Shown: piece by piece, positions 61,559-64,000 of the stretch
Numbering within the stretch: position 1 is the first letter of the stretch
Layout: each line of letters begins with the position of its first letter
Assembly: GCA_035265325.1 (NCBI GenBank)
Contig: DATFOS010000177.1
Span: 14,581 to 78,580 of the forward strand
DNA from: Acidimicrobiales bacterium
Lineage (GTDB): Bacteria > Actinomycetota > Acidimicrobiia > Acidimicrobiales > VFJN01
Direction of reading: 5' to 3'
DNA length: 64,000 nt
The notes under the pieces: model-generated
Seen by the model: only the letters and a program-made list of their open reading frames with translations
Database searches by the model: none
What the model was told of the DNA's origin: nothing
Translations under genes and position numbers: made by a program

Positions 61559-62773
61559 CTAGCCCCGGAGGGCGGCGAGCGCCGTGTGGACCAGCAGCCG
61601 GACGCCGACGGCCAGGGCGTCCTCGTCGATGTCGAACGTCGGCTGGTGGAGGTCGAGGTCGGGCCCGTCCTCGTCGGGGCGGCGCACGCCGAGACGGGCC
61701 AGCGCACCGGGCACCCGGTCGAGGTACCAGGCGAAGTCCTCGCCGCCGAGGCTCTGCTCGGCCTCGGTCACCGCGGCGGCGCCCAGCGACCCCCTGGCCG
61801 CCGACCGGAACACCTCGACCGACCCGAGGTCGTTGACGACGGGCGGCACGCCCTGCGTGTAGGTCACCTGGACCTCGGCCCCCGTCGGGGCGACGACGTC
61901 GGTGATCAGGCGCTGGACCAGGTCCTCCGCCCCGTGCCAGGCCTCGCGGCTCAGCATGCGGACCGTGCCGCGCAGCGTCCCGTCCTGCGGGATCGCGTTG
62001 GCGGCCACGCCGGCGTCGACCGCTCCCCAGACGAGCGACATGCCGTGGCGGGGGTCGGCCCGGCGCGACAGCAGCCCGGGCACGTCGGTGATCACCTTGC
62101 CCAGGGCGTAGACCAGGTCGACCGTGTTCTGCGGACGCGAGGTGTGGCCGCCGGGCCCGCTGAGGCGGACCTCGACCTTGTCGCACGCCGCCGTGATCGA
62201 TCCCGGCCGCAGGCCGACCTTCCCGGTGGCCAGCTTGGGGTCGCAATGGAGGGCGAAGATGCGTTCGACGTCCTTGAGGGCCCCGCCGTCGATGGCGTCG
62301 AGGGCCCCGCCGGGCACCGATTCCTCCGCCGGCTGGAACACGAACCGGACCCGTCCCACCGCCGGCAGCGACGGCAGGGACGCCAGCGCTCTCGCCGCCC
62401 CCACCAGCATCGTGGTGTGGGCGTCGTGGCCGCAGGCGTGGCAGGCGCCGGGCTGCGTGGACCGGTACGGCACGTCCTTGGCGTCGGTGAGCGGGAGGGC
62501 GTCGATGTCCGCCCGCAGGGCGATCGTCCGGATGCCCGAGCCGAGGTCGGCCAGGGTGCCCGTGCCGACCGGGAGCGTCCGGGGACGCAGGCCCGCGAGC
62601 TGGAGCTCGCGCTCGATCAGGGCCGTGGTCTCGTGCTCGGCGTAGCCGAGCTCGGGATGGCTGTGGATCTGCCGCCGAAGCGCGACGAGGTCGTCGATGT
62701 TCTCGGCGAGCCAGTCGTCGAGCCAGGCGTGCTCGGGATCGTGCGGGTGTCCACTGGGAACTTCGTCGGTCAC
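61559..62773 (-). CDS. M20D-family amidohydrolase (N-acyl-amino-acid / hippurate hydrolase-like)
   Basis: The GTG at 62773 overlaps the GCS2 stop (GTGA). LRRQIHSHPELGYAEHETT, ALRADIDALP, and HACGHDAHT metal ligands. 404 aa. Confidence 0.9.
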   Translation of the reverse strand: MTDEVPSGHPHDPEHAWLDDWLAENIDDLVALRRQIHSHPELGYAEHETTALIERELQLAGLRPRTLPVGTGTLADLGSGIRTIALRADIDALPLTDAKDVPYRSTQPGACHACGHDAHTTMLVGAARALASLPSLPAVGRVRFVFQPAEESVPGGALDAIDGGALKDVERIFALHCDPKLATGKVGLRPGSITAACDKVEVRLSGPGGHTSRPQNTVDLVYALGKVITDVPGLLSRRADPRHGMSLVWGAVDAGVAANAIPQDGTLRGTVRMLSREAWHGAEDLVQRLITDVVAPTGAEVQVTYTQGVPPVVNDLGSVEVFRSAARGSLGAAAVTEAEQSLGGEDFAWYLDRVPGALARLGVRRPDEDGPDLDLHQPTFDIDEDALAVGVRLLVHTALAALRG

Positions 62774-63906
62774 AGAGGGAGTCCGTCTCGCATCTCGGAT
62801 AGCAGGGCGTCGACCACGGGGCGCAGGTCGCCGTCGTGCTCGGCCGCCACCCGGCGCTGGCGTTCGTAGCTGGCGCCGTGCTCCAGGATGCGGTGCACGA
62901 TCACCAGTTCCTCTTCGCAGCCGAGACGCCGTGCGGTCGGCATGAGCTCGTCGACGAGTTCGCGGAGGGCGACACGGACCGGACGAACGGTGCCGCGGGC
63001 GTCGACCACGATCTCGGCGTCGAGACCATACCTGGCGGCACGCCACTTGTTCTCACGCACCACCCAGGCCCGCGGTTCGGGCAGCTGGTACCCGCGGTCG
63101 ATCTGGCTGTCCATCTGCTCGACCAGGCACTGGGACATGGCCGCCACGGCCGCGACCTCCTCCAGCGTGGGCAGGCCGTCGCAGATGCGCAGCTCCACCG
63201 TGCCGAAGTTGGGGTGGGGACGGACGTCCCACCACACCTCGCGCACGATCTGGATCGCCTTCGTGGAGATGAGGAGCTCCATGTACCGCTCGAACTGGTG
63301 CCACCCGGAAAGCTGGTAGGGCAGGCCCGCGGTGGGCAGCGCCTCGAACAGCTTGCTGCGGTACGAGGCCAGGCCGGTGTCGCTGCCGATCCAGTAGGGG
63401 CTCGAGGCCGACAGCGCCAGGAAGTGCGGCACGTAGCTGAGCAGGGCGTTCAGGATCGGCATGACCTTCTCCGGCGAGCGGACGCCCACGTGGACGTGCA
63501 CGCCGAAGATCTGCAGCTGGCGCGCCACCCACTGGTTCCGCTCGACCAGCTCGTGGTACCGCGGGTTCTCGGAGATCTCCTGCGTCACCCAGTCGGTCGT
63601 CGGGTGCGTGCCCGAGCACATGACGCCGAGGCCGAGCTTGGCCGCCTGCTCGTGGACCTCGGCGACCGTGGCCGCCAGGTCGTTGCGGGCCTCCTCGACG
63701 GTGAGGCACACGTCGGTGATGACCTCGACGCACGACTGCAGCAGCTCGTGCTTCGCCTTCGGGTGCTCGCCGCCGTCCGGCGGCGCCATCTCGGCGAGGA
63801 TCTCGTTGGAACCGGAGCGGAGCTGGCCGGTGTCCAGGTCGACGAGCTCGAGCTCCCACTCGACCCCCAGGCTGGATCGCTCGGACGAGCTGAAGTCGAT
63901 CCTCAT
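62770..63906 (-). CDS. carboxylate-amine ligase, glutamate-cysteine ligase family 2 (YbdK-like)
   Basis: ATG at 63906. SLGVEWELELVD, GTHP, FGVHVHVG, SSPYW, VRPHPNFGTVELRICD are hallmark GCS2 segments. Confidence 0.92.
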   Translation of the reverse strand: MRIDFSSSERSSLGVEWELELVDLDTGQLRSGSNEILAEMAPPDGGEHPKAKHELLQSCVEVITDVCLTVEEARNDLAATVAEVHEQAAKLGLGVMCSGTHPTTDWVTQEISENPRYHELVERNQWVARQLQIFGVHVHVGVRSPEKVMPILNALLSYVPHFLALSASSPYWIGSDTGLASYRSKLFEALPTAGLPYQLSGWHQFERYMELLISTKAIQIVREVWWDVRPHPNFGTVELRICDGLPTLEEVAAVAAMSQCLVEQMDSQIDRGYQLPEPRAWVVRENKWRAARYGLDAEIVVDARGTVRPVRVALRELVDELMPTARRLGCEEELVIVHRILEHGASYERQRRVAAEHDGDLRPVVDALLSEMRDGLPL

Positions 63907-64000
63907 GATGCGGAGCGTAGGTGGCCGCCCATGGCCCGGGATGCGTCGCAACGCGCCCGTCACGGACGAGCGGTACGGGCCGGTCCAGGCCTATGCGGGG

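Overview
Very GC-rich, actinobacterial-type chromosomal DNA (third codon positions are almost all G/C). It is gene-dense on both strands; I call about 60 protein genes. I saw no rRNA, tRNA, CRISPR array, transposase or integrase. The GC content fills the six-frame track with long Arg/Pro/Gly/Ala-rich shadow ORFs, so I called only frames whose translation reads like a real protein family. Several starts were re-placed by hand and frame-checked against the track.

Blocks, left to right:
1. Detox and redox genes: a haloalkane-dehalogenase-like fragment, an endonuclease III-like protein, a HugZ/DUF2470 protein, a large membrane protein, VOC, ASCH and a flavin monooxygenase.
2. The peroxide locus ahpC-ahpF-oxyR, with an OxyR-type ATAG-N7-CTAT dyad upstream and a duplicated double-hairpin element between ahpC and ahpF.
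3. Assorted enzymes and regulators: EthD, MOSC, methyltransferases, a Tat-lipoprotein class-V aminotransferase, a flavodoxin-like reductase, a hydrolase, a Ser/Thr kinase, an EamA transporter with a His-rich tail, TetR, an HTH plus B12-binding regulator, and an F420 LLM oxidoreductase.
4. A LIV-type ABC importer compressed into three genes, including an uninterrupted MFS-LivF-LivG triple fusion.
5. TetR, a heterodimeric ABC exporter and a class-V aminotransferase, then FAH, a CvnA-like NIT/HAMP sensor kinase, hbd, MarR and an ECF sigma/anti-sigma pair.
6. A ROK-regulated sugar ABC importer with an isomerase and a dehydrogenase.
7. At 53.5-56.5 kb, the best candidate for an undescribed system. 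It is an 854-aa Rad50/RloC-like ABC ATPase with a CPVC hook motif and a helical C-terminal domain. It is translationally coupled to a 124-aa stand-alone paralogue of that domain and sits next to an N-terminally truncated trkA fragment.
8. PPOX, YjbR, GNAT, PaaX, MarR-MFS, and an M20 amidohydrolase coupled to a GCS2 ligase.

Other signals: two paralogous 54-55 aa basic ORFs about 16 kb apart; a 170-nt near-palindromic MITE-like element; a 47/48-nt CTAG-rich tandem duplication spanning two convergent stop codons; a 13-aa SDR gene remnant; and a small acidic EF-hand/dockerin-like ORF divergent from the ECF sigma gene. All family assignments come from reading motifs by eye. No database search was run.
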